Notes: generated by a model from the sequence alone, not told the origin. Numbered from the stretch's first letter, positions 1 through 12,053 are shown. The stretch: 64,000 nt of DNA from an uncultured beta proteobacterium (GCA_963705175.1 CAVPJE010000009.1:63045-127044); one strand, 5' to 3'. Made by a program: numbers and translations.

Positions 1-2
1 AC

Positions 3-527
3 ACGGTCATCCAGCGTGTCATCGAGATCCTGCGCTCGATCCCGACGATCCCGCTGTGGATGGGCCTCGCCGCCGCGCTGCCCTCGGACTGGAGCGTGAT
101 CCAGATCTACTTCGCCATCACGATCATCATCTCCCTCATCGGCTGGACCGAGCTCGCGCGCGTCGTGCGCGGCAGGTTCATCTCGCTCAAGCAGGAGGAC
201 TTCGTCATGGCGGCCGAGCTGGTCGGCTGCAGCAAGGCCCGGATCATCTTCCGCCACATGGTGCCGTCGTTCGTGAGCCACATCATCGCGGCGACGACGC
301 TCGCGATTCCCGCGATCATCATCAGCGAGACGTCGCTGTCGTTCCTCGGCCTGGGCCTGCGTCCGCCGGCGATCAGCTGGGGCGTGCTGCTGCAGGATGC
401 GCAGAACATCCAGGCACTGGTGATCTCGCCGTGGCTGCTGATCCCCGCGCTCGCCGTGATCGTCGCGGTGCTCGCCTTCAACTTCATGGGCGATGGCATC
501 CGCGACGCCGCGGACCCGTATCTATGA
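3..527 (+). CDS. Peptide/oligosaccharide ABC transporter permease (DppC/OppC-like), 5'-partial
   Basis: Open from window edge; hydrophobic; EAA-loop-like 'DFVMAAELVGCSKARIIFRH' and 'SLSFLGLG...ISWG...FNFMGDGIRDAADP'. Confidence 0.9.
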   Translation, partial: TVIQRVIEILRSIPTIPLWMGLAAALPSDWSVIQIYFAITIIISLIGWTELARVVRGRFISLKQEDFVMAAELVGCSKARIIFRHMVPSFVSHIIAATTLAIPAIIISETSLSFLGLGLRPPAISWGVLLQDAQNIQALVISPWLLIPALAVIVAVLAFNFMGDGIRDAADPYL

Positions 528-593
528 CCGATGAAAAAGGCGTCCGTGGGTTCGGTGGCTGAAGTGACGACGGCGCTGCACCTTTTTCATCGG
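528..593. repeat. Intergenic inverted repeat, 13-bp perfect arms
   Basis: CCGATGAAAAAGG (528-540) / CCTTTTTCATCGG (581-593). Confidence 0.7.
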
Positions 594-712
594 GAAGGGA
601 GTCACGCGGGCGCCCTTGGGGCGGCCCGGCGGGCGCCCTCCGGCAAAGGCAACGAAACACCGGGCGTTGTGTGGCTCGCCTGCCCTCGTCCATGGCGGTC
701 GGAGCACTGCGC

Positions 713-1714
713 ATGAGCGCCGACGCCAAGCCACTGCTGACCGTCCGCGACCTGCGCACGAGCTTCTTCCAGGACGAGGGGACGACCAAGGCCGTCGACG
801 GGGCGTCGTTCGAGCTCTACCCGGGCAAGACGCTCGGCATCGTCGGCGAGAGCGGCTGCGGCAAGAGCGTCACGGCGCAGTCGATCCTGCGGATCGTCGA
901 CGATCCCGGGCGCATCGAGGCCGGCGAGATCCTGCTCACGCGGCCCGACGGCAGCGTAACCGACCTCGTCCGGCTGAAGCGGGACAGTCGCGAGATGCGC
1001 GCCATCCGCGGCGGCGAGATCGGGCTGATCTTCCAGGAGCCGATGACGTCGTTCAGTCCCGTGCACACGGTCGGCGCGCAGATCATCGAAGCGGTTCGGC
1101 TCCACGCGGCGGTGAGCAAGCACGAAGCGCGGCAGCGCGGCATCGAGGCGCTGCGCAGCGTCGGCATTCCGAAGCCCGAGCGGCGCATCGACGAGTACTC
1201 GTTCGAGCTCTCGGGCGGCCTGCGCCAGCGCGCGATGATCGCGGTGGCCCTGTCCTGCAACCCGCGCCTGCTCATCGCCGACGAGCCGACGACCGCCCTG
1301 GACGTCACGACCCAGGCCCAGATCCTGGACCTGCTGCGCAAGATCCAGCAGGAGCGCCAGATGGCCATCATGCTCATCACGCACAACCTCGGCGTGGTCG
1401 CGGAGATGGCCGACGACGTGGTGGTCATGTACCTCGGCCGCGTGGTCGAGGAAGGCCCGGTCGACGCGATCTTCCACGATGCCAAGCATCCGTACACCAA
1501 GGCGCTGCTGCAGTCGATCCCGAGCATCGACTCGGCGCCACGGGTGAAGCTGCCGACGATCACCGGCTCGATTCCCCACCCGTTCAACCGTCCGCCCGGC
1601 TGCCCGTTCCATCCCCGGTGCACCGCGTTCCAGCCCGGCCGCTGCGACAAGGACGACCCGGAGTTGCTGGACGTCGGGGCAGGACGGAAGGCGAGTTGCT
1701 TCCTGTACCAATGA
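713..1714 (+). CDS. Peptide ABC transporter ATP-binding subunit (DppD/OppD-like)
   Basis: GESGCGKS Walker A, LSGGLRQR signature, [13 protein letters not shown]-terminal GCPFHPRC. Confidence 0.92.
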   Translation: MSADAKPLLTVRDLRTSFFQDEGTTKAVDGASFELYPGKTLGIVGESGCGKSVTAQSILRIVDDPGRIEAGEILLTRPDGSVTDLVRLKRDSREMRAIRGGEIGLIFQEPMTSFSPVHTVGAQIIEAVRLHAAVSKHEARQRGIEALRSVGIPKPERRIDEYSFELSGGLRQRAMIAVALSCNPRLLIADEPTTALDVTTQAQILDLLRKIQQERQMAIMLITHNLGVVAEMADDVVVMYLGRVVEEGPVDAIFHDAKHPYTKALLQSIPSIDSAPRVKLPTITGSIPHPFNRPPGCPFHPRCTAFQPGRCDKDDPELLDVGAGRKASCFLYQ

Positions 1715-1730
1715 CCGGGAACGCACGCGC

Positions 1731-2770
1731 ATGACGAACGGCGACGCCGGCTCCGGCAAGCCCGTGCTCCTCGACGTGAAGGGGCTCAAGAAGTACTTCC
1801 CCATTCGCCGGGGACTGCTGCAGAAGACCGTCGGCCAGGTGAAGGCCGTGGACGACGTCACGTTCTTCCTCAACGAGGGCGAGACGCTGTCGCTGGTCGG
1901 CGAGAGCGGCTGCGGCAAGACCACGACGTCGCGCTGCATCCTGAGGGCGATCGCGCCGACCGCCGGCCAGATCCTGCTCACGGAGGGCGGCCAGGTCGTC
2001 GACGTGGCGACAATTCCGAAGAGCGACCTGCGGCTGCTGCGGCGCCAGATGCAGATGATCTTCCAGGATCCGTTCTCGTCGCTGAACCCGCGGATGACGC
2101 TCCTCGACATCGTCGGGGAACCGCTGCTGGTGCACGGCGTGGGCGATCCCCGGGAACGGACGGACCGGGTCGTCGAGCTGCTCCGCCTCGTGGGCCTGCG
2201 GCCCGAGTACATGCGTCGCTATCCCCACGCCTTCTCGGGCGGTCAGCGCCAGCGCATCGGCATCGCCCGGGCGCTCGCCCTCAATCCCCGCCTGATCGTC
2301 GCGGACGAGCCGGTCTCCGCGCTCGACGTCTCGGTGCAGGCGCAGATCCTGAACCTGCTCCTCGAGCTCCAGGAACAGCTCGGGCTCACCGTGCTCTTCG
2401 TCGCCCACGACTTCACCGTCGTCAAGCACATCAGCGAGCGCGTCGCCGTGATGTACGTGGGACGGATCGTGGAGACCGCGCCGACCGAGGAGCTCTTCGC
2501 CGCCCCGAAGCATCCGTACACCGAGGCGCTGATGTCCGCGGTACCCATACCGGACCCGCGCCTGCGCTCGGAACGGATCGTCCTCCAGGGCGAGGTGGCC
2601 GACCCCGCGAACACGCCTTCGGGCTGCCACTTCCATCCGCGGTGCAAGTACGCGACGCCCTCTGCTCGCAGGAGTCGCCCGTGCAGGAAGAGATCTCGCC
2701 CAACCACTTCGTGCGCTGCCACCGCGCGCGCGAGCTCACGCTGCGCGGCGTCGCACGCGCGGGCGCGTAG
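1731..2770 (+). CDS. Peptide ABC transporter ATP-binding subunit (DppF/OppF-like); frameshift near 2660
   Basis: [24 protein letters not shown]; expected C-terminus ([11 protein letters not shown]) continues in another frame to TAG at 2770. Confidence 0.88.
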
Positions 2771-2790
2771 CGTTCCGCGGTCCGGAACGC

Positions 2791-2820
2791 ACGAAGCCCG
2801 GCGCGAGGCCGGGCTTCGTT
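2791..2820. terminator. Hairpin between convergent ABC ATPase and groEL
   Basis: ACGAAGCCCGGC-gcgag-GCCGGGCTTCGT. Confidence 0.65.
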
Positions 2821-2885
2821 CACTGCTGACGCTGGATCCCCGCGTGCGCGGGCGATGACGCCGACCTTGATCGGCGATGCCTGGA

Positions 2886-4535
<1,650 letters not shown>

Positions 4536-4581
4536 GTCTAGTGTCTCCTGATGCGTGGAATGTCGGATTCGGCTGCGGCGA

Positions 4582-4870
4582 TCAGGCGATGACGCCGATC
4601 ACGTCGTCTTCGCGCATGTGCAGCAGGTCGGCGCCTTCCATCTTGAATTCCTGGCCCGAGTACTTGCCGAAGAGGATCTTGTCGCCGACCTTGACGCCCA
4701 TCGGGACCAGCTTGCCGTTGTCGTCGGTCTTGCCCGGGCCCGCGGCGATCACTTCGCCCATCGAGGGCTTTTCGGCAGCCGTATCCGGAATCACGATGCC
4801 GCCGGCGGATTTCCGTTCTTCTTCCAGCCGCTTGACGATGATCCGATCATGCAAGGGACGAAGCTTCATG
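4582..4870 (-). CDS. groES: Co-chaperonin GroES (alternative GTG start at 4881)
   Basis: [12 protein letters not shown]...[13 protein letters not shown]. Confidence 0.97.
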
Positions 4871-4984
4871 TTAGCACTCACTCCTGTTGATTGAGCTTTT
4901 GAATCAGATGGTTAGGGCCTGAGGGCACGACTGCAAGCGACGCGTCGCGGCATCTCGGGCCGATCGGGCCGATCAACCACGTTG

Positions 4985-5011
4985 TTAGCACTCGCCCGAT
5001 ACGAGTGCTAA
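4985..5011. promoter_or_regulatory. CIRCE operator (HrcA binding site)
   Basis: Perfect TTAGCACTC-N9-GAGTGCTAA upstream of groES. Confidence 0.96.
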
Positions 5012-5040
5012 TGATAGCGATGTCCAGCGCCAGATTTCAA
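5011..5040 (-). promoter_or_regulatory. groESL promoter candidate
   Basis: Minus strand TTGAAA-N18-TATCAT directly upstream of CIRCE. Confidence 0.6.
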
Positions 5041-5208
5041 CCCATAGCCCATCGTCGGCATCGGAGGTGGCAGCGCACGGCCGCCGATCGGTCGGCGTTT
5101 CTGCCCCGCACCGCCCGTCGCCCCGCGCGCCCCGCTCCGCACGTCGTCCACCCGCACCAGTCCTTCGCGCGTTCTAATGAGTCGGTACGTACCTTGCCGC
5201 CGCGACCC

Positions 5209-5772
5209 ATGCTCCGTCCCGCCCACATCGGCCACCTCGCGATGCTCCGCTCGCTGATCCGCGACGGCGCACGCGATGGCAGCTTCCAGCCGGAGCTCGC
5301 CTGGGACTCCGCCGAATCCGAGCGCTTCTTCGCCGAGTTGAAGCAAGCGCTCAAGTCCGGCTATTTCGTCGTGCAGGACCGCGAGACGCACGAGATGAGC
5401 ACGGTCGCCGTGCCGGGCTACGTCTACTGGGCCGACGAGAACATCGGTGCCGAGCCGCCGGTCGGCTTCGGGCTCTTCCGAGCGGTACGGGGGGGCGGCT
5501 TCGAGCTGTGGCTCGCCGGGCTCGAGGGCGCGCTGCGCGGCAAGGGCCATGGCAAGGCGATGCTGAAGGCCCTGTTCGAGACCCCCACGGGCCGCGCGAC
5601 GCGCTTCGTGCGCGTGCGCCGCTCGAGCCGTTACGCCGAGGCCGTCGCGAGGTTCCTCGACGTGCACGGCTTCACGGCGACGCGCGAGACCAGCCAGGAG
5701 ACCTGGTTCGTACGGGCATCGCCCGTCGTTCCCGGAACGCGCGCGACGGGAATGGACCGGCACGGGTCCTGA
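5209..5772 (+). CDS. GNAT-family N-acetyltransferase-like protein
   Basis: Acetyl-CoA motif A-like 'LEGALRGKGHGKAML' and 'HGF' motif B. Confidence 0.7.
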   Translation: MLRPAHIGHLAMLRSLIRDGARDGSFQPELAWDSAESERFFAELKQALKSGYFVVQDRETHEMSTVAVPGYVYWADENIGAEPPVGFGLFRAVRGGGFELWLAGLEGALRGKGHGKAMLKALFETPTGRATRFVRVRRSSRYAEAVARFLDVHGFTATRETSQETWFVRASPVVPGTRATGMDRHGS

Positions 5773-6056
5773 AGGCGCACGCTGGCGTCCGGCGACAGCG
5801 ACATCCGGCACAGCAGCTTCAGCACACGGTAGCCGAAGTGCCGTCCGCCGGCGAACCGCAGCAGGTCGGCCACCACCGACGCGGCCACCGCGAACGCGAA
5901 CGCGCCCACGCCCGAGATACGGCCATCGAGCGCAAGCGCGCCCGCGACCATCATCGTCGGCACCGACGGGATGGGCAGGCCGAGCTGCTGCAGCAACACG
6001 TTCAGCCCGACCAGCGCCACGCCGTGGCGAAGCAGCTCTTCGAGGATGGCGTCCAT
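5773..6056 (-). pseudogene. Truncated DedA (VTT/SNARE-associated) membrane protein, N-terminal ~94 aa only
   Basis: 'NVLLQQLGLPIP...ADLLRFAGGRHFGYRVLKLLCRMSLSPD' then family resemblance ends at the GNAT stop. Confidence 0.65.
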
Positions 6057-6090
6057 GGCTTCGGCGCCTCCGGCGCTCGACCCCAGAAAG

Positions 6091-6159
6091 CAGGGTCAGA
6101 CTCGACGTTCCGCAACGGCCGGCCCGAAGGTCGCGTGGCGAAAGTCGAGTCTGACCCTG
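6091..6159. repeat. REP-like inverted repeat doublet downstream of polA
   Basis: CAGGGTCAGACTCGAC (6091-6106) / GTCGAGTCTGACCCTG (6144-6159), 16-bp perfect arms. Confidence 0.75.
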
Positions 6160-6162
6160 AGT

Positions 6163-8925
6163 TCAGTGGGCCCGTTCCCAGTTCGGCCCGGCACCGACGT
6201 CGACCATCAGCGGCACGGCGAGGCTCGCCACGCCGGTCATGTGCAACGGCAGTTCCGCCTTCACGCGTGGGAGCTCGCCCTCGGGCACCTCGAGCACCAG
6301 CTCGTCGTGGACCTGCAGCACGAGGCGCGTCGCGAGCCGGCCCTCCGCGATCCACCGGTCCACGGCGATCATCGCGAGCTTCACCAGGTCGGCGGCGGTA
6401 CCCTGCATCGGTGCGTTGATCGCCGCGCGCTCGGCGCCGGCGCGGCGCGGCCCGCCCGCCGCCTTGATGTCGGGCAGCCACAGCCTGCGCCCGAACACCG
6501 TCTCGACGTAACCCTGCTCGCGCGCGAGCTCGCGGGTGCGCTGCATGTAGTCGGCCACACCCGGGTAGCGCGCGAAGTACTTGTCGATGAACTGCTGCGC
6601 AGCACCCCGCTCGATGCCGAGCTGCTGCGCCAGGCCGAACGCCCCCATGCCGTAGATCAGGCCGAAGTTGACCGCCTTGATGTAGCGTCGCTGATCGGAC
6701 GTCACGTCGGCGGCGGGCACGCCGAAGATCTCGGCCGCGGTCGCGCGATGGATGTCGGCGCCCTCGTGGAAGGCACGCGTGAGCGCCGGGTCGCCGGAGA
6801 GGTGCGCCATGATGCGCAGCTCGATCTGCGAGTAGTCGGCGGACACGATCACGTGGCCCGCGGGCGCGACGAACGCCTCGCGGATGCGCCGCCCTTCCGC
6901 CGTTCGTACCGGAATGTTCTGCAGGTTCGGGTCGTTCGACGCGAGTCGCCCGGTGACGGCGGTCGCCTGAGCGAACGTCGTGTGCACGCGGCCGGTGCGC
7001 CGGTCGACCATCTGTGGCAGCTTGTCGGTATAGGTGCTCTTGAGCTTCGACAGCGTGCGGTGCTCGAGCAGCACCTTCGGCAGTGGGTAGTCCGCCGCGA
7101 GCTCCTGCAGGACCTCCTCGTCGGTCGACGGCTGCCCGGTGGCGGTCTTCTTCGTCACCGGCAGCTTCATGCGCGTGAACAGGATTTCGCCCAGCTGCTT
7201 GGGCGAGCCCAGGTTGAACGGCTGCCCGGCGAGCGCGTGCGCCCGGTGCTCGAGCGCCAGGATCCGGCCGGCGAGCTCGCCGCCCTGGCGCGCGAGCAGC
7301 GCCGCGTCGACGAGGACACCGTGGCGCTCCATGCGGAACAGCACCTCGCGCACCGGCATCTCGATCTCGCGGTAGAGGCGCTCCAGCTTCGCGTCGGCGG
7401 CGAGCTGCGGGTGCAGATGAAGGTGCAGGCGCAGCGTGACGTCGGCGTCCTCGGCGGAGTACCCGGTCGCGTGCTCGACACTCACCTGGTCGAAGCCGAT
7501 CTGCGAGGCACCCTTGCCGCACACCTCGGCGTAGGCGATCGTCTTCCAGTCGAGGTGCCGCCACGCGAGGCTGTCCATGTCGTGGGGCTTGTGCGACTCG
7601 AGCACGTAGGATTCGAGCAGCGTGTCGTGCGCGACGCCGGCGAGCGCGATGCCGTGGTTGGCGAGCGCGTGCTGGTCGAACTTGACGTTCTGCCCGACCT
7701 TGGCGTGCCGCGTGCTGGCGAACCACGGCGCGAGTCGCGCGAGCACCGCGGCGCGCTCGAGCTGGTCCGGCGCGCCCGCGTAGCGGTGTGCGAGCGGCAC
7801 GTAGCAGGCCCGACCCGGCTCGATGCAGAACGACAGGCCGACGATCTCGTTGCCCATCGGGTCGAGGCTCGTGGTCTCGGTGTCGAAGCAGGCGAGCGCC
7901 GCGGCGTCGAGGTCCGCGATCCAGCGCTCGAGCGCCTCCTGCGTCAGCACGGCCTCGTAGGCCAGGTCGGCGGGCTTGCCCTCGCCGCCGGCATGCACCG
8001 GCTGATCGAAACGACGGCCGGTGTCGTCGCGCGCGGCCTTCGCGGCGATCGAGTCGGCAGCGGACGCCGCGGGCGCAGCACCGGGGGCGAGGTCGCGCAG
8101 CCAGCTCTTGAACTCGAAGCGACCATAGAGCTCCGCGAGCTTCGCCTTGTCCACCGCGGAGATCGCCAGGTCGCGAGGACCCACCGGCAGCTCGCAGTCG
8201 GTCTTCACCGTGAGGAGCTGCCGCCCCTTCGGCAGCCAGTCGAGCGATGCACGCAGGTTCTCGCCGACGACACCGCCGATGTCCGCGGCGTGCGCGACGA
8301 TGTTGTCGAGCGAGCCGTACTGGGCGAGCCACTTCGCGGCGGTCTTCGGGCCGACCTTCGGCACGCCGGGCACGTTGTCGACGGCGTCGCCGGTGAGCGC
8401 GAGGAGATCGAGCACCTGGTCGGGACGGACACCGAACTTCGCGACGACGCCCTCGGGGTCGAGCGTCTCGCTGCTCATCGTGTTGACGCACGTGACGCCG
8501 GGCTCGACCAGCTGTGCCAGGTCCTTGTCGGAGGTCGAGATCAGCGTGTCGATGCCTTCCCGCTTCGCCGCCTTGGCGAGCGTGCCGATCACGTCGTCGG
8601 CCTCGACGCCGTCGACGACGAGGAGCGGCCAGCCGTTCGCGCGCACGAGCTCCTGCAACGGCTCGAGCTGGCGCACGAGATCGTCCGGCATCGGCGGCCG
8701 GTGCGCCTTGTACTCCGGATACCAGTCGTCGCGGAACGTCTTGCCCGGCGCGTCGAAGACGACGGCGAAGTAGTCCGGCTTGCCGTCCTCGACCATTCGG
8801 CGCAACATCGCGAGCACCCCGCGCAGCGCGCCGGTCGGTTCGCCCTGCGAGGTGCGCAGGTCCGGCAGCGCGTGGAACGCGCGATACAGGTACGAAGACC
8901 CATCGACCAGGACGAGCGTTGGCAT
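6163..8925 (-). CDS. polA: DNA polymerase I
   Basis: LVDGSSYLYRAFHA, DTETT exonuclease motif, DYSQIELR, KAVNFGLIYG, QVHDEL. Confidence 0.99.
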   Translation of the reverse strand: MPTLVLVDGSSYLYRAFHALPDLRTSQGEPTGALRGVLAMLRRMVEDGKPDYFAVVFDAPGKTFRDDWYPEYKAHRPPMPDDLVRQLEPLQELVRANGWPLLVVDGVEADDVIGTLAKAAKREGIDTLISTSDKDLAQLVEPGVTCVNTMSSETLDPEGVVAKFGVRPDQVLDLLALTGDAVDNVPGVPKVGPKTAAKWLAQYGSLDNIVAHAADIGGVVGENLRASLDWLPKGRQLLTVKTDCELPVGPRDLAISAVDKAKLAELYGRFEFKSWLRDLAPGAAPAASAADSIAAKAARDDTGRRFDQPVHAGGEGKPADLAYEAVLTQEALERWIADLDAAALACFDTETTSLDPMGNEIVGLSFCIEPGRACYVPLAHRYAGAPDQLERAAVLARLAPWFASTRHAKVGQNVKFDQHALANHGIALAGVAHDTLLESYVLESHKPHDMDSLAWRHLDWKTIAYAEVCGKGASQIGFDQVSVEHATGYSAEDADVTLRLHLHLHPQLAADAKLERLYREIEMPVREVLFRMERHGVLVDAALLARQGGELAGRILALEHRAHALAGQPFNLGSPKQLGEILFTRMKLPVTKKTATGQPSTDEEVLQELAADYPLPKVLLEHRTLSKLKSTYTDKLPQMVDRRTGRVHTTFAQATAVTGRLASNDPNLQNIPVRTAEGRRIREAFVAPAGHVIVSADYSQIELRIMAHLSGDPALTRAFHEGADIHRATAAEIFGVPAADVTSDQRRYIKAVNFGLIYGMGAFGLAQQLGIERGAAQQFIDKYFARYPGVADYMQRTRELAREQGYVETVFGRRLWLPDIKAAGGPRRAGAERAAINAPMQGTAADLVKLAMIAVDRWIAEGRLATRLVLQVHDELVLEVPEGELPRVKAELPLHMTGVASLAVPLMVDVGAGPNWERAH

Positions 8926-9649
8926 GTCGCTTTCCGAGAAGATTCCCGAGCTGATCGACCCGCAGGCGCTCCATGCCTCCAACGGACAGGAGGCGTGGCG
9001 GGTGCTGGGGATTATGTCAGAGTTCACCGTCGCGACCGAACGGCTGCGCGGCATCCGCCCTGCGGTCTCGATGTTCGGCAGCGCGCGCATCGGCGAGGGT
9101 CACCCCTACTACGCGAAGACCTGCGACATCGCGCGCAGGCTCTCCGACGCGGGCTTCGCGGTGATCTCCGGCGGCGGGCCCGGGCTGATGGAGGCCGCGA
9201 ACCGCGGCGCGTTCGCCGGACGTTCGCCGGCGATCGGCCTCAACATCCTGCTGCCCGCGGAGCAGCTCTCCAATACGTACCAGGACGTGAGCGTCAACTT
9301 CCGTTACTTCTTCGCGCGCAAGATGATGTTCGTGCGCTTCGCCTCCGCGTACGTCGTGCTCCCGGGCGGCTTCGGCACGCTCGACGAGCTGTCCGAGTGC
9401 CTGACGCTCGTGCAGACCGGCAAGTCGCGCAGGATTCCGATCATCCTCTCCGGGGCGGCGTTCTGGTCGGGACTCCTCGACTGGATGCGCGAACGGCTGG
9501 TCGGCGAGGGCATGATCGCCCCGGAGGACATGAACCTCGTGCAGGTGATCGAGGAGCCGGAGGCGGTCGTCGAGGCGATCTTCGCGTTCTACGAAGGCCG
9601 CGGCTTCCAGCCGACGCAGGCCGAGCGGCAGAAGATGCTGAACCTGTAG
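8924..9649 (+). CDS. LOG family Rossmann-fold protein
   Basis: FGSAR, SGGGPGLMEAAN, PGGFGTLDE. Confidence 0.93.
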   Translation: MSLSEKIPELIDPQALHASNGQEAWRVLGIMSEFTVATERLRGIRPAVSMFGSARIGEGHPYYAKTCDIARRLSDAGFAVISGGGPGLMEAANRGAFAGRSPAIGLNILLPAEQLSNTYQDVSVNFRYFFARKMMFVRFASAYVVLPGGFGTLDELSECLTLVQTGKSRRIPIILSGAAFWSGLLDWMRERLVGEGMIAPEDMNLVQVIEEPEAVVEAIFAFYEGRGFQPTQAERQKMLNL

Positions 9650-9780
9650 GAATCTCGCGGCTCCAACCGTCGCTCGTGCGCGCCGCGACGGCGCGACGGC
9701 GATCGGGGCAACGACCCCGGCGCACGCTGCGGTCCGGCGCATCCGCTCTGGTAGAATCGAGTCTCACCCAGCGGACCCGA

Positions 9781-10179
9781 ATGTCGCTCCCGCGCCTCAC
9801 TCCGAACGCCGCCCCCACGCTGCTTGCCGCAGCGCTTGCCGCAGCATTTGCCGCAGCGTTTGCCGCAGCACTTGCCTCCTCCGCCGCACGGGCACAGCCG
9901 GCGCCGCCGCCGCCGCCGCTTCCCGTCGAAGGCGCCGTGCCGCCGCCACCGCCGCTCGTCACCGACCCGGATCTCGAGCCGCAGGTGACGATCATCCGGC
10001 GCGACACCGAGACGCTCGAGGAAGTCCGCATCGGCGGGGATCTCAAGTTCGTCAAGGTCACGCCGCGTACCGGCGTGCCCTATTATCTCGTCCCCGATCC
10101 GAACGGCCAGCAGTTCATCCGGCGCGACAGCCTCGACATCTCGATCAAGGTGCCGCTGTGGGTGCTGCTGTCGTGGTGA
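9781..10179 (+). CDS. DUF2782-like exported small protein
   Basis: Signal peptide, Pro-rich linker, 'EPQVTII...EEVRIGG...VKVTP...PYYL...VPLWVLLSW'; polA-LOG-thrB neighbourhood. Confidence 0.75.
   Translation: MSLPRLTPNAAPTLLAAALAAAFAAAFAAALASSAARAQPAPPPPPLPVEGAVPPPPPLVTDPDLEPQVTIIRRDTETLEEVRIGGDLKFVKVTPRTGVPYYLVPDPNGQQFIRRDSLDISIKVPLWVLLSW
9823..9876 (+). repeat. 12-bp tandem repeat, ~4.5 copies, in signal peptide
   Basis: (C/T)TTGCCGCAGC(G/A) repeats encoding LAAA/FAAA. Confidence 0.8.
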
Positions 10180-10236
10180 GCTGAAGCGCGAGAACTCCCC
10201 GGTCGTCCGCACTGCCAAAGTGGCGGGCGTTTCCCG

Positions 10237-11194
10237 ATGTCGGTCTACACCACGGTTTCGGCTGAAGACTTGGATGCGTGGCTCGCCCGCTACGCCGTGG
10301 GCACGCTCGCCGAACTCGCGCCGATCGCCTCCGGCATCGAGAACACCAACTACTTCGTCACCACCACCCGGGGACGGTACGTGCTCACGCTCTACGAGCG
10401 CCTCCCCGCCGAGGACCTGCCGTTCTACCTCAACCTGATGGCGCACCTCGCGAGGAACGGCTGCGAGGTTCCCGGCGCCGGAGCCAGACCGCACCGGCGC
10501 GCTGTTCTCGATCCTGAACGGCAAGCCGGCAGGGCTCGTCGCGCGCGTCGATGGTGCGCCGGTCACGTCGCCGGACGCACCGCACTGCCACGCTGTCGGA
10601 GCGTCGCTCGGTCGGCTGCACGTCGCCTCGCAGGGGTACCGGGCGCGGCTCACCAACCGCCGCGGTCCCGCCTGGTGGCGGCAGGCGGCGCGTGCCGTGC
10701 GGCCCTTCCTGACGCCGGACCAGAACGCGACGATCGAGGCCGAGCTTGTCTTCCAGCAGGGATGGGGCCGGCTCAAGCTGCCGAAGGGCGCGATCCACGC
10801 GGACCTGTTCGTCGACAACGTGCTCTTCGCTGGCGATCGCGTCGCGGGCATCATCGACTTCGGCTTCGCCGCGACCGACTTCCTCGCCTACGACGTCGCG
10901 ATCGCCGTCAACGACTGGTGCGACGCGGAGGATGTGCTCGACGCGGAGCTTGCCGCCGCGTTCCTCGCCGGCTACCACGCGGTGCGTCCGCTCACCGACG
11001 AGGAGCGCGAGCAGTGGCCGGGTCTGCTGCGCGCGGCCGCGCTGCGCTTCTGGCTGTCGCGGCTCTACGACCTTTACCTGCCGCGTCCCGGCGAGCTCAC
11101 CCACGCGCACGACCCGGCGCGGTTCGAGCGCCTGCTCCGCAACCGCGCCGCGGCGATGCCGCGCATGCCCGAGTTGCCGTGCCGACCTGCCTGA
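10237..11194 (+). CDS. thrB: Homoserine kinase type II; frameshift near 10480
   Basis: MSVYT...GIENTNYFV; second frame has HADLFVDN, IIDF, LRFWLSRL. Confidence 0.92.
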
Positions 11195-11222
11195 TGCGGG
11201 CCCGCACCGCCCCCGCTGCCGC

Positions 11223-12053
11223 ATGACGGCGCCCGCGCGCACCGGCGACGTCATGTTCACGCGCCACCCCGCGCGGCGCGGCTTCGCCTGGCTCCTCGAA
11301 TCGTGGGCGATGTTCTCGCGCGCCCGGATGCCGTGGCTCGTGCTCATCTCGATCTACTACGTCATCCTGTTGCTGGTGAACGTCGTGCCGATCGTCGGGC
11401 AGCTGGTGTGGCCGCTCCTGAAACCCGTGTTCGCCGTCGGCCTGCTGGCGGCAGCGTGGGCACAGGAGCGAGGCGGCACGCCCGGTCCCGCCGATCTCTT
11501 CAAGGGTTTCAAGGCCAACGTGCGCGCACTGCTGCCCCTCGGCATCGTGTTCATCGCCGGCGTGGCGCTCGCCGCGCTCTCCACGTCGATCGTCGACGGC
11601 GGCATGTTCCTCGGGCTCGTCGCCGGCGACGAGCCGCCGTCGCTCGAGTCGCTGTCGAACTCGCGGCTGCAGGCGGGACTCCTGTTCGGCGCGCTGGTCG
11701 CGCTCCCGGTGACGCTCGCGCTGTGGTTCGCGCCGGCGCTGGTCGTCTTCCAGGACGTCGGTCCGGGCGTGGCCCTCGGCGCGAGCCTGCGCGCGGCGCT
11801 CGCCAACTGGCGGCCGCTCCTGGTCTACGCGGCCGGCGTGCTGACCTTCGGCGTCCTGCTGCCGCTCCTCGCCGGCCAGATGCTGCTGATGCTGATGCCG
11901 AGCGAGACGATGCTGGCGGTGGTGCGCTTCCTGCTGCTCGCCTACGGTCTCATGTTCGCGGCGACGCTCCACGTGTCCGATTACGTGAGCTACCGCGACG
12001 TGTTCCACAGCGGCGAGACCCTCGCGCCGACCACTCCGGGCGCACCGCGGTAG
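11223..12053 (+). CDS. BPSS1780-family membrane protein
   Basis: Multi-TM, 'LWFAPALV', 'SYRDVF'; follows thrB. Confidence 0.75.
   Translation: MTAPARTGDVMFTRHPARRGFAWLLESWAMFSRARMPWLVLISIYYVILLLVNVVPIVGQLVWPLLKPVFAVGLLAAAWAQERGGTPGPADLFKGFKANVRALLPLGIVFIAGVALAALSTSIVDGGMFLGLVAGDEPPSLESLSNSRLQAGLLFGALVALPVTLALWFAPALVVFQDVGPGVALGASLRAALANWRPLLVYAAGVLTFGVLLPLLAGQMLLMLMPSETMLAVVRFLLLAYGLMFAATLHVSDYVSYRDVFHSGETLAPTTPGAPR

Noticed and set aside
5971-10179. 1402-aa plus-strand ORF
   Set aside because: Antisense shadow of polA in high-GC DNA; only 9781-10179 looks like a real gene
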